Notes under the pieces: generated by a model
Databases searched by the model: none
The model's input: only the letters and a program-made list of their open reading frames with translations
What the model was told of the DNA's origin: nothing
Shown: positions 1 to 12,500 of the stretch, piece by piece
How the letters are laid out: each line of letters starts with the position of its first letter
How positions within the stretch are numbered: the first letter of the stretch is position 1
IMG/VR virus record: IMGVR_UViG_3300030107_002093
Coordinates: 38,726 to 102,725 of that record
Reading direction: 5' to 3' (one strand)
DNA: 64,000 nt
Source of the DNA: a virus
Position numbers and translations under genes: made by a program

Positions 1-2
1 CT

Positions 3-3000
3 AAGGAATTCACTCTACACGATGCCGATGATGACTTGAAACTCTCTCTAGGTATGTCTGTGTTTAATGCTAGTAATGTGTTGTTAGGCAACATCACCGT
101 TGTCACACCTTTGACAAACAAGTTCAGACTAGACTATGCCAGAATAGCAATAACTGGCACTTCTACCAATTTTGACATCAAAATAGGGAAGACCGCTCAC
201 AATGTGGCATTCCGAACTGAAGGCAAATTCGGCAATACGATACATAGTCTAGGCAAGGAGAGAATGAATGCTACTCTCGTAGATGCTAACAGAACCTCTG
301 ATGATAGCAATTCCAGCAACTTCCACAAATGGGAGAATGCCTTCCCCAAGATGCATAGGCACACAGCCAACTCTGACTCGGTAACAGCAACTACCCTTGA
401 TGGGAACATGACTGGGCCGGGGAAATACATTACATTTGAAAAAGCGAATTTCAAAAATAACAAAATTCCTCTCATAACTGACGCAATACTAAACCAACCG
501 AGAAATAAGATGAGCCAATTAGCCCAATTCAACATATTGGATAATAGCGGTATACAACATTTGAGAATCAAAGAAGAAGACACCTTGATTCTTGAAAGAA
601 ACATTCACAACGATGGTTTGAATCTGATTGCATTTGAAGGAAAAGCGGCTAGAGATTCCTCTAATACATCTATAATAGTAATGAGTGACATTAGAAAACA
701 AACGGATTTAAGGAATATACTAGGCAATAATGACATTATAGAGATTGATGGATATCATTATGCAGTTGCCTCTGTAGCGGCTCAATCAAGCGGAACGCAG
801 AACATTACGATAAAGAACAAGAAACTCAAGACTGCTAATACTTGGAGTGGTAGTGCAGTAGCAGAGAACTTCTCTGGTAAGACATTGTTCCTACCTCCCT
901 ACACTGGCGTGATTAACACATCATTGGAACCAGACACGGAGTATAATTATGCAACTGGCAAACTTAGCATGTCAGAGGTCACTGTAGACAAGGAGAACAC
1001 CAAACTGTATAATGCCAGATTAGTGAGTGGTGTTTACAATGGACATGATAACAAGATTGACTATGGTGATAAGGATAACAAGTTCCTGAAGATTCAAGAC
1101 TCTGATAGAGTGTTCTACCAAAGAAGCAATGAGAATGCCAGTAGGTTCTACTACTATCGCGGTGGATATGCCATAAGTGACTCAGCATTCAACGGGATTG
1201 TCGAGGATGTCTCTAGCAAGTCCGAACACGGATTGACCACTTACAGTGTAGTTGGCAGAGATGAAACCTCCAAATTGCTTTCCCAGACAGTCAGTAAGAA
1301 CACTACCTTCATGGAGGATATAATACACACTTCAATCCCTCCTATTCTGAACCCTACGGCAATAACTGATTCTGAGGGAAACAATGTAAGCAATCTCAGC
1401 ATATCTGGAACTACTATTACATGGAATGATACTACCAACCTAAGCCCCACAAGATATGGTTTGGTTATGAACCAAGCCGGAGAGTTGATTGGGGAAGTCA
1501 AGCAATATGAGGAGAATTACAGTGGTGGCAATGATAGGATAACTCTCTATGATGCGGCCTATTCTACTCCTACCACAACTACATCGTTGTTGTATTATCA
1601 TCCATATACGTCTTCATGGGTCAATTATATCACAGGAACGAAAGCACTAGCAAGTAATGAGTTACACAATACTGGTATCAATGGGTTTACATCCATTAGC
1701 GAGAAGGGAATGGGATTCAATAGTGGTTTATCATTAGGAGGAACATTTGGCTCCAATTCTGCTACATTCACATATGAGGAGATGAAAGCCACTTCAAACA
1801 CTGGTAACTACAAGGAAGATAGAACATTGGGATATGACATTTCAAGTCCTAAATCTGTGTCTGTGAATGATTCCATATTTGCGTTTACTGCTGGTAATGA
1901 GAACGGTGTTACTGTAGATAAGATAGACATTGCGACTATCAATAAAGAGTCATTGGATATCGTGAGTATCAACGAGAAGGATGAAGGAGCAACAACGTTA
2001 TCCGTGTCTCCGATTTTCCCTGTAGTTCTAGGGAGACTAGATAGCAACAGTTCTGATAATAGAGGAAACTGCAATATCTATCTAGTAAACAATAACATAG
2101 ACACTGGTGGATTTATCCATAGACTACAAAACACCTTTGGGTCTGGTTATTTCGGGCCTAAAGAAAGCATACGGTATTGGGATTTGCAGAAGTTCGATGG
2201 TGGAACCATAACGAAGACACACGACAGTATCTACAGTAATGGGGTGAAACCCCAGAAGATACAAGGATATGGAGTAGGTTATGGTGTGCGCCCCAATGGG
2301 ACTATATTCACACCAACTGCAACGAATGACAACAAGCCTCTGGCTGGAAGCAATACAGTAAATGGATGGACATACGTTGCTAACTTCCTCGGAAATCAGA
2401 CTGATTCGCCTTTGATTCAATCATATCCAACAATTCGTGACCAAGGAACTTATGATGGAATCAATAGCGGCTATGCTCCCAATGGATACGAGGAAGACAT
2501 ACAATACTCACAGTTTGAGCATATAGACCCACGGTCAGAGACATATGAATTGTTAGCCGTGGGAGACACATTTCCAGCATCCAAACTGCGACATAACAAT
2601 CTAGGCTATCATACCAAGAACTATGATGACTTTTCAATAGTCCTTGAATCCGAATCCTCTGTTATTGGAAACACCTCTCATCAAAAATACACTGGGCAAA
2701 CCAAACAGACTCTTCAATCCAGTAACATGTTTGAGGAATCTTCTATCTCTAGTGCCACCCAAACCACGAATCAAGCGAGAAGGTTCGGTGTGATGAGACT
2801 AGTGGAAGCAACATTCGATTGGCATTTCAATCCAGTGGATTACGAATCGCTACCAAAGGCAGAGGACATCCCTACAGTCAGGGCTTTTGACTATGTTCAG
2901 GCAGACATGCCCCCTACTGTCGAGACTTCCACAAATGAAATAGTGATTGATAGCGAAGGAGTTCATACTAGCAACACTGTAGCAGAAACCACAGGGGATG

Positions 3001-6000
3001 TGTTCTACAAGAAAGCCAACATAGGACAATACCCCGCCAGTGCGGTTACTAATTTTGGGCTTGCTAGTGGGATAAACGGCTTTGTGATGTCTTACCGTCC
3101 TAGTGGGTTTGGAACGAGATATGCCCCAAATCTAATCTTCGACTCAACGGGACATGGCACTCTAACAGGACTATTGCGACATGAAGGAGGAAATCACTAC
3201 TATGGAGTTCAACCATTCAGAGTGTTTTCCACTACTGACTTCAACATTGACAACTTATCTGCAAGCGAGGGTAGTATTGATTTGAAAGCAGATAGGGCAA
3301 ATGGTAGAAACAACGTTAGATTCAGCCATGTGTGGATTTGCTCTCCAACCGTAGTAAGCACCAATTTCAAGTGGACTAAACAATTGGCTGACTCTAGTAA
3401 TGTAAACCACACATTCCAAGGCCATGATATTATTCTACCGTTAATATCAGAGGAATACAGGGGAACGTGGGCAGGTGGAGGTAGTAGTAACTTCACTAGA
3501 GAACCTGATAGAAAGGACAGGAATGTATCTGCTCACCATTATTTCGCATCATCACACAGGCATATTTCTAGAGTGATGGCGGGGTTGTATCATAGAGAAC
3601 TGAGCAATACTTCCTCAACTAAGACCTTCAGATACAGTGTTGGTCAAACTGCTGATAATAGCGCATCATTAGCGCACATATACGATGGGTGCATTGGGCT
3701 ATTCAGAGGATTCAAACAAGGCGCAGACGTTCATGCTGATGGTTTTGGTGCTGATATAATAGGGAACGATGACATCGTTCTTAGTTCACGACTAGCCCTA
3801 TCCAATGATGCCTCATATTCAGACTTCGTTACTAGTAATACTAATGATTTTGAGCAGGTTTCTAGAAACTTGATGGTTCAGGAATATGAAGATGTCAACT
3901 CCACAGTAGCCACTGCCTACTCTGATGGGGATACTAGTCTAGTTCTTGATGACGCTAGTGGTTTTGCTAGTGCTGGTAGTGGATTCATCAACGGTGTGGC
4001 GTTCACTTGGACAAATAAATCAAGTAACACTCTGACTGTCCCTGACCTGAATGATGATTACGCCGTGGGAGTTCTAGTAGAAGCAACCCAGATTAGCCTC
4101 GCTATGGTAGGAACCAAAGCAACTGATGGCATATTAGCAAACAACCCTTCTCTCCGCACAAGTGACCGAACACGCGCCGCAAGAAGATACGCATCCTCAA
4201 GCACGTTTAATTCTACAACCATAAGAGATACGGGCTTAATAGGTGACCGAACTAAAGGCGGGGTCTTCTCTGCACAAATGCTAGTAAAACCAACATTCAA
4301 CATCACACATGGGAGCAATGGAGTTGATGTATCATCAACTACTATGGAATTCACTCTTAATTCAGACACCGAACACGCATGGCTTAGTTACATGCCTGAT
4401 TTGACAGGATATTACCTAGTCACGGAAGCGGCTAACTACAACTTATCCACTGGTTCTGGAACTGCAACTGCCACTCTGAGAAACACTACTGCTGATATTA
4501 TACCTGCCACGATTGCGAAGATAACGAGTCATACCATAACCACCCCTCCTACAACTAGCAATACAGAAGCACATACAATAGTAGTCGATACGGCTATATC
4601 TGGGAGATGTAGGCTTATGCGGCCCTCAGAGGTAGCCTTCGATAATGTAGAGGGAGAAATCAAACTCAACACTCTCCTAACTGACGGCAAGGGAAGAGAT
4701 TGGAGAACCGGAGGTGCAAGGAGTTCTGTTGACGCAACATACTCAGAAAGCGCGTATCACATGTATCTGCTCTTAGACATTGATAACATCCACACCACGA
4801 TAGAAAGAAGAACCCCAGCAAACGCATTATCACTCTTTACTGATTTGTCTGATGGGGATGTTCTTGACATGAACGTATCAGACGGACAAAACAGACAACG
4901 TAGAAAAATAGTCTTCAAGAAAACAATAGACGTTGCTGATGGTAATAGTCAATCCGGGTTGACCCTAAAGGTTGATGGTGCGTTAAACGCTAATGGTGTT
5001 GCATCCTTTGGGGAAGTATTTGATATCACACTAGGAAGGAAGCCTAAGTTGAAGGAAATCAGGAAATGTCACATAGGAACCACATACTCCATTGGTTCTC
5101 AATTGGAAAAGGAAGTGGAGAATATAGTGAAACTCGCTGGTCTTGAATACAATGCGGCAAGGAGTTTCTCCAAACCAACTGGTAATATCATTAGCAGTGG
5201 AACCACTTCTGCTACTACAATAACTTGCACTGAGAACGTCACAGGCATTAGTAATGGTGATGTCATATATTCTTATGATGGACATTTAATTGGGGAGGTA
5301 AGCAACGTGACAAACGCTGTGATAACACTAACGAAAAAATACTATGCTCCGGCGCAGAATGATGAAATAGTGACGATAAACAATAAGACGTTTGTTACTA
5401 ATTTGAAGTTCGATAATAGCAACATGTATAATGCACTCAATTCATTAATCGTAAAGCGTGGATTAGATTACCGAATAAAGAACGGGGAATTCATAACAAG
5501 GAACATAGAAGATACTGATAGTCTGCGTAGTTATGCTTTGTCTTACAAGGAGTCTGGTCGTCTAATCAAAGTAGGGTCAAATAAATCCATGTTCGACAAG
5601 GCTAACAAGATAATCGTTATCGGAGATAAAGTCCAATATGAATTAGAAGAGCCTACTAAGAAGCAAGTAAGAGCAGTGAAGGTAGTTGACCCCACGATAA
5701 AGACTAGGACAGATGCAGAAACAAAGGCCGTAGAGTTAATGGAAATCTATAATGAAGGAACAAGAAAAATAGATATCGAATTACAGAAACAAGGACTAGA
5801 GTTACTTGAAGCCGGAGATATTCTTCGATTGAACTTCCCTAACCATAACATTCCAATAGATGACTATATCGTCTTTGAAATAGAAAACGTTCTTGCTGGA
5901 ACCCTCAAATTGAAAGTAGGGACATTTGACAAGACAATCGCTGAGAGGCTTAGTGAATTATCCAGTAGACAATCAGATGATAGCACTGTGCTATTGGGTA

Positions 6001-6227
6001 GAGATGCGGTAGTGCTTTCTGCTGGAAAATTCCTGTTCGATGCAATTAAACTAAAGAACATCAGTTTCTCCTATACAATAACGGGGTCATCCAATGCTCT
6101 ATCATATAACTCAAACATGGGCTTCGATGACTTAGTTGGGTTCACGGAGGAAGTAGGATTTGAGCATAGCACAGTTACCAAGAAGAGTTTCCAAGATAAG
6201 TTCTATGAACAGGAGGAGTATTCATGA
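3..6227 (+). CDS. Large virion structural protein, probable tail/baseplate hub (5' end lies outside the window)
   Basis: Frame is open from base 3; >2060 aa, S/T/N/G-rich; C-terminal region resembles tail hub proteins; first gene of the tail cluster. Confidence 0.6.
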   Translation, partial: KEFTLHDADDDLKLSLGMSVFNASNVLLGNITVVTPLTNKFRLDYARIAITGTSTNFDIKIGKTAHNVAFRTEGKFGNTIHSLGKERMNATLVDANRTSDDSNSSNFHKWENAFPKMHRHTANSDSVTATTLDGNMTGPGKYITFEKANFKNNKIPLITDAILNQPRNKMSQLAQFNILDNSGIQHLRIKEEDTLILERNIHNDGLNLIAFEGKAARDSSNTSIIVMSDIRKQTDLRNILGNNDIIEIDGYHYAVASVAAQSSGTQNITIKNKKLKTANTWSGSAVAENFSGKTLFLPPYTGVINTSLEPDTEYNYATGKLSMSEVTVDKENTKLYNARLVSGVYNGHDNKIDYGDKDNKFLKIQDSDRVFYQRSNENASRFYYYRGGYAISDSAFNGIVEDVSSKSEHGLTTYSVVGRDETSKLLSQTVSKNTTFMEDIIHTSIPPILNPTAITDSEGNNVSNLSISGTTITWNDTTNLSPTRYGLVMNQAGELIGEVKQYEENYSGGNDRITLYDAAYSTPTTTTSLLYYHPYTSSWVNYITGTKALASNELHNTGINGFTSISEKGMGFNSGLSLGGTFGSNSATFTYEEMKATSNTGNYKEDRTLGYDISSPKSVSVNDSIFAFTAGNENGVTVDKIDIATINKESLDIVSINEKDEGATTLSVSPIFPVVLGRLDSNSSDNRGNCNIYLVNNNIDTGGFIHRLQNTFGSGYFGPKESIRYWDLQKFDGGTITKTHDSIYSNGVKPQKIQGYGVGYGVRPNGTIFTPTATNDNKPLAGSNTVNGWTYVANFLGNQTDSPLIQSYPTIRDQGTYDGINSGYAPNGYEEDIQYSQFEHIDPRSETYELLAVGDTFPASKLRHNNLGYHTKNYDDFSIVLESESSVIGNTSHQKYTGQTKQTLQSSNMFEESSISSATQTTNQARRFGVMRLVEATFDWHFNPVDYESLPKAEDIPTVRAFDYVQADMPPTVETSTNEIVIDSEGVHTSNTVAETTGDVFYKKANIGQYPASAVTNFGLASGINGFVMSYRPSGFGTRYAPNLIFDSTGHGTLTGLLRHEGGNHYYGVQPFRVFSTTDFNIDNLSASEGSIDLKADRANGRNNVRFSHVWICSPTVVSTNFKWTKQLADSSNVNHTFQGHDIILPLISEEYRGTWAGGGSSNFTREPDRKDRNVSAHHYFASSHRHISRVMAGLYHRELSNTSSTKTFRYSVGQTADNSASLAHIYDGCIGLFRGFKQGADVHADGFGADIIGNDDIVLSSRLALSNDASYSDFVTSNTNDFEQVSRNLMVQEYEDVNSTVATAYSDGDTSLVLDDASGFASAGSGFINGVAFTWTNKSSNTLTVPDLNDDYAVGVLVEATQISLAMVGTKATDGILANNPSLRTSDRTRAARRYASSSTFNSTTIRDTGLIGDRTKGGVFSAQMLVKPTFNITHGSNGVDVSSTTMEFTLNSDTEHAWLSYMPDLTGYYLVTEAANYNLSTGSGTATATLRNTTADIIPATIAKITSHTITTPPTTSNTEAHTIVVDTAISGRCRLMRPSEVAFDNVEGEIKLNTLLTDGKGRDWRTGGARSSVDATYSESAYHMYLLLDIDNIHTTIERRTPANALSLFTDLSDGDVLDMNVSDGQNRQRRKIVFKKTIDVADGNSQSGLTLKVDGALNANGVASFGEVFDITLGRKPKLKEIRKCHIGTTYSIGSQLEKEVENIVKLAGLEYNAARSFSKPTGNIISSGTTSATTITCTENVTGISNGDVIYSYDGHLIGEVSNVTNAVITLTKKYYAPAQNDEIVTINNKTFVTNLKFDNSNMYNALNSLIVKRGLDYRIKNGEFITRNIEDTDSLRSYALSYKESGRLIKVGSNKSMFDKANKIIVIGDKVQYELEEPTKKQVRAVKVVDPTIKTRTDAETKAVELMEIYNEGTRKIDIELQKQGLELLEAGDILRLNFPNHNIPIDDYIVFEIENVLAGTLKLKVGTFDKTIAERLSELSSRQSDDSTVLLGRDAVVLSAGKFLFDAIKLKNISFSYTITGSSNALSYNSNMGFDDLVGFTEEVGFEHSTVTKKSFQDKFYEQEEYS

Positions 6228-6556
6228 TAGTAGATAGTGGAAAGGAAGCATTAGCATCAACAATGGCAAGCACGTTTACAAAGGTAAGAATAGGCAATGG
6301 CGGCGATGACACGGCATCTTCGCAGACTGCTTTGGATGCCTTCGTAGCAGAGAAGACAGTAACCCCTTCTAGAATAGGGTCACAGTTGGTTTGGACTGCT
6401 TCTTTCACTGGTGCAGAGATTGGAACACAAGGAGTGTCAGAAATCGGAATATTCAATACCGCCGATACCCTATTGAGCCGAGTTACCTTCACGAATACTG
6501 GAGTAGTGCCATCGGCAGATACAGTGACATTCACAATTAGATTGGAGGTAGATTAA
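6224..6556 (+). CDS. Small tail/baseplate protein
   Basis: 110 aa, overlaps both neighbours; IGNG..A...TAL and EIGIFN..LLSR patterns typical of tail-fibre-adjacent phage proteins. Confidence 0.6.
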   Translation: MIVDSGKEALASTMASTFTKVRIGNGGDDTASSQTALDAFVAEKTVTPSRIGSQLVWTASFTGAEIGTQGVSEIGIFNTADTLLSRVTFTNTGVVPSADTVTFTIRLEVD

Positions 6557-9500
6557 TGGTTAACAGTAATCCGGGCTTCTTGTCGACTCTATCTGCTAGT
6601 CCCAGCACTAGAATTGTAGATGGGACAGACAATATACACAGTGGTATAATCAACGCTCTGAACGTTGCCACTGGTGGTAATAGCGTTCTCAGTGGATTTA
6701 ACATCACACAAGAAGATGGTGGTGCATACACGAAGTATGACGTTGCATCTGGTAAGATAATGAGAAACGGTCTTCTAGTGTCTATCTCCGCTAGGAATGA
6801 CATAGAACCCGGTGTAGGAGAAAGAGCAGGTAATGATTGGTATGCCACTGTTGTAGTTGACGCATCGAATGTCATACAGATTAGGACTGGTGCTAATTCG
6901 TTAAGCACTGCCTCTGTATCCTCATTGACTGCTGGTGATATCCCTGTTGCTATAATCAAGTATCCAGCAGGTTCAGACCACGATGCTATAGACAGACTAG
7001 TTCAGTTCTTAGGTTATGACCAAACGACTAAGGGATTCAGTGCGATAAACAGTGGGTCAGAGACATTGAGGATAAATGCCAATGGAACTCTAACCAAGGG
7101 TTCCGCGACACTTACACTCCCCTCATCCACAGGAACTGTTGCTCTCACTTCTGACATAACTTACACATCTGCCATTTCAGAAGGGAACTCTGGACTGATT
7201 CCTAGTGGTGGTGTAGCAACTGCAAACATAGCCGATGATGCGGTAACATACGCGAAGATGCAGAATGTTTCTGCCACTAATAGAATTCTAGGTAGAGATA
7301 GTTCTGGGGCAGGTGTTGTAGAGGAAATAACCCCAGCAAACTTAGTTTCAATGCTTGGTATAGAAGCAAGTGCTACTGCTGACCAAACGGATGCTGAGAT
7401 TGAGACTGCTTACAATACCAGAGTCAGCCAAGTATCCTCAGCAGAAAGGACTGCTGGTAGTTCTACTGATATCAAGAGATATGCACCTGCTGATATCAAG
7501 AGCATGATTGACACTCATCAGACTGATACCAATACAGATGTGACCACCGCCAATCTAAAGACCAAACTAAATTCTGACTTTGGTAGCGATTTCACTATAG
7601 GTTCACAGACCAATGACACGGCTATCTTTACTGGTCATCTAACAGTAGGCGGAAACCTAACCGTCAATGGTGCTACACAGACTATCAACTCAACCGTTGT
7701 CACAGTTGATGACCCTGTATTCACATTGGGTGGGGATGGCACAGGAGCCAATGACAACAAGGATAGGGGAATAGAATTCAAGTGGCATAATGGTTCCTCT
7801 GGAAAGATAGGCTTCTTCGGGTTCGATGATAACACAGGGAAATTCACCTTCATCCCTGATGCTACCAATAACAGTGAAGTGTTCTCTGGAACTGCTGGAA
7901 CAATAGTAGCAGATTTGGAGGGTGGTGTTACAGGTAATGCCTCTACTGCGACTGCTCTAGCGACTTCTAGAAATTTCAGTATCACTGGTGATGTCACTGC
8001 AAGTGCCGTTGGGTTCACGGGTGCGGCAAATGTAGCCTTGTCAACCACTCTAGCGGATGATGCGGTTGCCACTGCCAAGATAGCAGATGACGCAGTGACT
8101 AGTGCTAAGATAGCAGATGGAACGATAGTCGCTGGTAACGTTGCAGATGATGCAATCACCTATGCCAAGATGCAAGACACCTCCACTAACAACAGGGTGC
8201 TAGGTGCTACTACTGCTGGCACGATTGGAGAGGTTCAAGTCGCTACGGCAATGATAGCAGACGATGCCATAACATCAGCGAAGATAGCAGACGATGCAGT
8301 CGGTGCTGACCAATTGGGGTCTAATGCAGTAGTAAACGCAAGTGTTGCCAGTGATGCGGCAATAGCGCAGAGCAAGATAGACGGATTAGTATCCGCTCTA
8401 AGTGGTAAGGAACCAAGCCTCACCATAAGTGATGGGCTGGATAGAAGCAGTGCTACATTGAAGGTTGACATTGATGGTCTTACTATCGAGAATGGTATTG
8501 ACAGAACGGCTGATTATCTGATGTATGACGATGCAACCAATGGGTTGAGGAGAATCAATCCAGCGAACTTGTTCGCGCTTCTCATTGCCTCGGACATACC
8601 AGACATATCTGCAAACTATCGGGCTACTGGAACGGCTATTGTCAATGCTGACATATCGAACAGTGCGGCAATTAGTGCAGATAAGATTGCTGATGGAACA
8701 ACTAACAAACTATTTACGGCTACACTGAAAACCAAACTTGATGGAATTGCCGCTAGTGCTACTGCTGGTGCTGACTGGAGTAGCAATGTTTCTAATATTT
8801 CTGTGACTAACGCACAACTTGCTGGAAGCATTGCAAACTCCAAACTAGCAAACTCAGGAGTTACTATCAATAGTAACTCAGTCAATCTTGGTGGGACTCT
8901 CACATTAGACACAGACGATTTCGCAGAAGGTAGCAACAAGTTCTACACTGATGAGAGAGTCGATGATAGAGTCAATGCTCTGATAACCGATGGAGAGGGA
9001 ATCACCACCACATACGATGATAGCGCAGGGACATTAACTGTAGCCGCAGAAAATGCTACTACTTCCAATAAGGGAGTAGCATCCTTCACTTCTGATATGT
9101 TTGATGTCTCTTCCGGTGTAGTTTCATTGAAGAACGGTGCAATACAAAATGCTCAGATAGCAAGCAATGCTAGTATTGCTCAAAGCAAGATAGCAAACTT
9201 AGTCTCCAATCTTTCTGATAAGGTTGAGACTCTAAGCGATTTAAACATCACTGCGTCTGCGGCAGAGATAAACATCCTAGATGGTGTCACAGGTGTTAGT
9301 GCCACAGAGATTGGCTATCTTGATGGAGTCACATCGGCAATACAAACCCAGTTAAACACAAAACTCTCCACTGTTGCAGTAGCGGATTTATCTGACATAA
9401 GCGCATTAGTGACTGCAATTAATAGTAATTCTACTGATGCTCAACTTCCAACTGCGAAGGCAGTTAAGGAGTATATCACACAACAAGAAGTAGAAGACCA

Positions 9501-12500
9501 CACATACACGATTGGTGTAGAACTCTCAGGTAGCATTCCCCTGATTAAAATATCAGACCAGTTTGGAGGTTCATCCACCCTTCAGGTAACTGGTGGGGAT
9601 AGAATAACAACGGGTGTAAATTCTGGGAGACTGACTATTTCAGATTCAGGAAAGGGTGCAGTAGCCAGCGCGTCTTTCAATCAAGGTCTACTAACTCTAA
9701 CTCACGATGATGGGACTACATCTACAGCGACTCTACCTGATGCCACAACAGATGCTCACGGTCTAATGACTGATGACCAATTTGATAAACTGGCTGGTAT
9801 CGAGGCATTAGCAGATGTTACCGATAAGGCAAATGTGGTGGCTTCTCTTGGACTTCTTAATGAGAGTGACACTCTTTACCTTGGTGATGCTGGCAATGAT
9901 ACTACTGTTAGGGTCAGGGGCAATTTCTTTGTTGATGGAACAACTACAACAATAAATCAGACTGAGATTAACGTTCAAGATGCAATTAAGTTTGAAGGGC
10001 AGACTGCTGATGACTACGAAACCATTCTTCGTATCATAGACCCAACTGCTGATAGAGTAATATCTCTCCCAGACATAACGGGAACTGTAGTCACAACAGG
10101 AGATTCACAGACTGTTGCTACAGGTATGATTGCAAACCTTGGAGTAACTACAGGTAAGATAAACAGTAATGCAGTCACTTCTGGAAAACTAGGAACAGGT
10201 GCGGTAATAACTGCAAAACTTGCTGATGATGCAGTCACCACAATTAAGATTACAGATGCGAATGTGACTACGGCTAAGATTGCTGATGATGCAGTTACAA
10301 TGGCTAAGATTGATGGGATTACAGATGCTGGTAGTGGTTCGGTAATCACCTCTGCTGAGAGAACCAAACTAAGTGGCATTGCAACAGGTGCAGAAGTGAA
10401 TGTCCAATCTGATTGGAATGCCTCTAGTGGGGATGCCAAGATTCTCAATAAGCCAAATGTTGCATACACATCTGCAATACCAAATGCTACTGCTTCACAG
10501 ACTGGCCTAGCGACTTCAACTCAGATTACCAAATTGGATGCAATTGACGCAAGTGCAGACGTTACTGATGCAACGACTGTGAATGCCGCAGGTGCGGTAA
10601 TGCACACAGATATACCAGATAGCGATACTGGTTTCATTAAGAGGACTGGTTCTGAGACATATGACATTGATACTAACACATATCTGACATCTCTAGCCAC
10701 CACCGGGTTAACTGATATTGCCCAATTAGAAACCAACTTGGCAAGTATCACAGATGACCATGCTGGACTAGCAACTGCAAAGGCAGTCAAAGCGTATGTG
10801 GATAGCATTCCCGGTGGAGTTGGAGGAATGTCATTCGTCTTAGAAGACGGAGATGGAACAGAAATTACAATTGCTGACTCCAAAGAAATCAAATTTGTTG
10901 AGGGTGGTTTAATTGATATTAATTGGACTGATACAGATAATGGAACGGATGCTGACCCATATGACCTGACATTCACAGTAGATAATGACCTAGCAAACTA
11001 CAGTAATACGAATAGTGGTTTCTCTACTACAAGCGCATTAACATCTGCAACTGCGGCTACTGCGATAACTGGTAAGGTATTGACGAACCTCTCTACAGGT
11101 AGTGGTGGAACAGTTGCGGCTACAGACACAATCCTAGCCGCATTCGGTAAACTAGAGAATAGAGTTGCACTCAATGATGCTAAGGTGACAAACACAGATG
11201 TTAGTGTAACAGAACCTAACCTCCGCACTACATTAACTGCTATTACTGAAAATGTGACAATCGGTGATGGAACAGATGTAACTGTGACTACTTCTGGAGC
11301 ATTGGTAGTTACAGGCAATCTAACAGTAAATGGAACAACTACGACTCTTGATACAACTAACTTGGCTATTGAAGATAAAAACATAGTCTTAGGAACTGGT
11401 AATGATACTGGTGAGATTCTAGATGCAACAGGCCTTACTCTAGAAGGAGGCAGTGGAGATGATATGACTCTACAGTATCTTGCTTCTGCTAATAGAATGG
11501 AATTGAAACTAGGGTCTAGTTATGGGGATTTGAAGGCTGGAACTGTAACGGGAACATTCGTAGGCGACTTAACGGGTGATGTGACAGGCAATGCCGATAC
11601 TGCAACCACTCTGGCTACGGCTAGAACTATTGCTGGGAAGTCTTTCAATGGTTCTGCCAATATCACGATAGCGACAACTGACCTATCTGATATCACGGCA
11701 TTGGATACAGACTTGTCATCTGTCAGTGCAAGTGATGATACTCTTGCTACGGCTAAGGCAATCAAGACATATGTAGATGCTCAAGTGGATACTGAGGACA
11801 CACTTGCTGAATTGGATGATACCAATATCGGTTCACTCTCGGCTGGGCATCTTCTCATTTATGATTCAACTGCTGGTGTTTGGGACAATGCAATCCCAAC
11901 AGGAACAGATACTACTACAGTAGACATGACGATTACTGGGGGAGATGGAACATTAGCAATCTCTGCTGACTTAAAGAATCCTGATGGTCTTACTGTCATC
12001 ACGGATGATGGTGCTGGCTCTACTCTAACTGCTACTGGAACAGACGAGATGATGGTATGGGATGTTGGTTCAAGTGCTTGGAGAGTAATGACTCTAGCAA
12101 ACCTATCTGACTTCGCAGTATCAAATGGTGCAGGTGGCATTAGTGCATACAAAACAATCTCCGTTCCAGACGATGGGAACTCAGGGCCAGACTCTCAGGC
12201 AAACGTAGTTGCTAGTGATACTGCTGATACCCTAGTTCTCAAGGGAGACTCAATTGCAATCACAACCGGAACTGACTTGATTAATTTCAATGTGAACATA
12301 GACGGTCTTACTGCTCTTGGTGGAACTGGGCTTCATCAGACGCAAGACCACTTCATGTTCTCAGACAATGGGACTGAGAAGAAGATTACATTCTCTAATC
12401 TTGAAGATGCCATCTTCGCCAATGTAAGTGGTGACGCTACAATAGCCGCAGGTGGGGCGTTGACCATTGGTAGTGGTGCAGTTGAGAATGGAATGTTAGC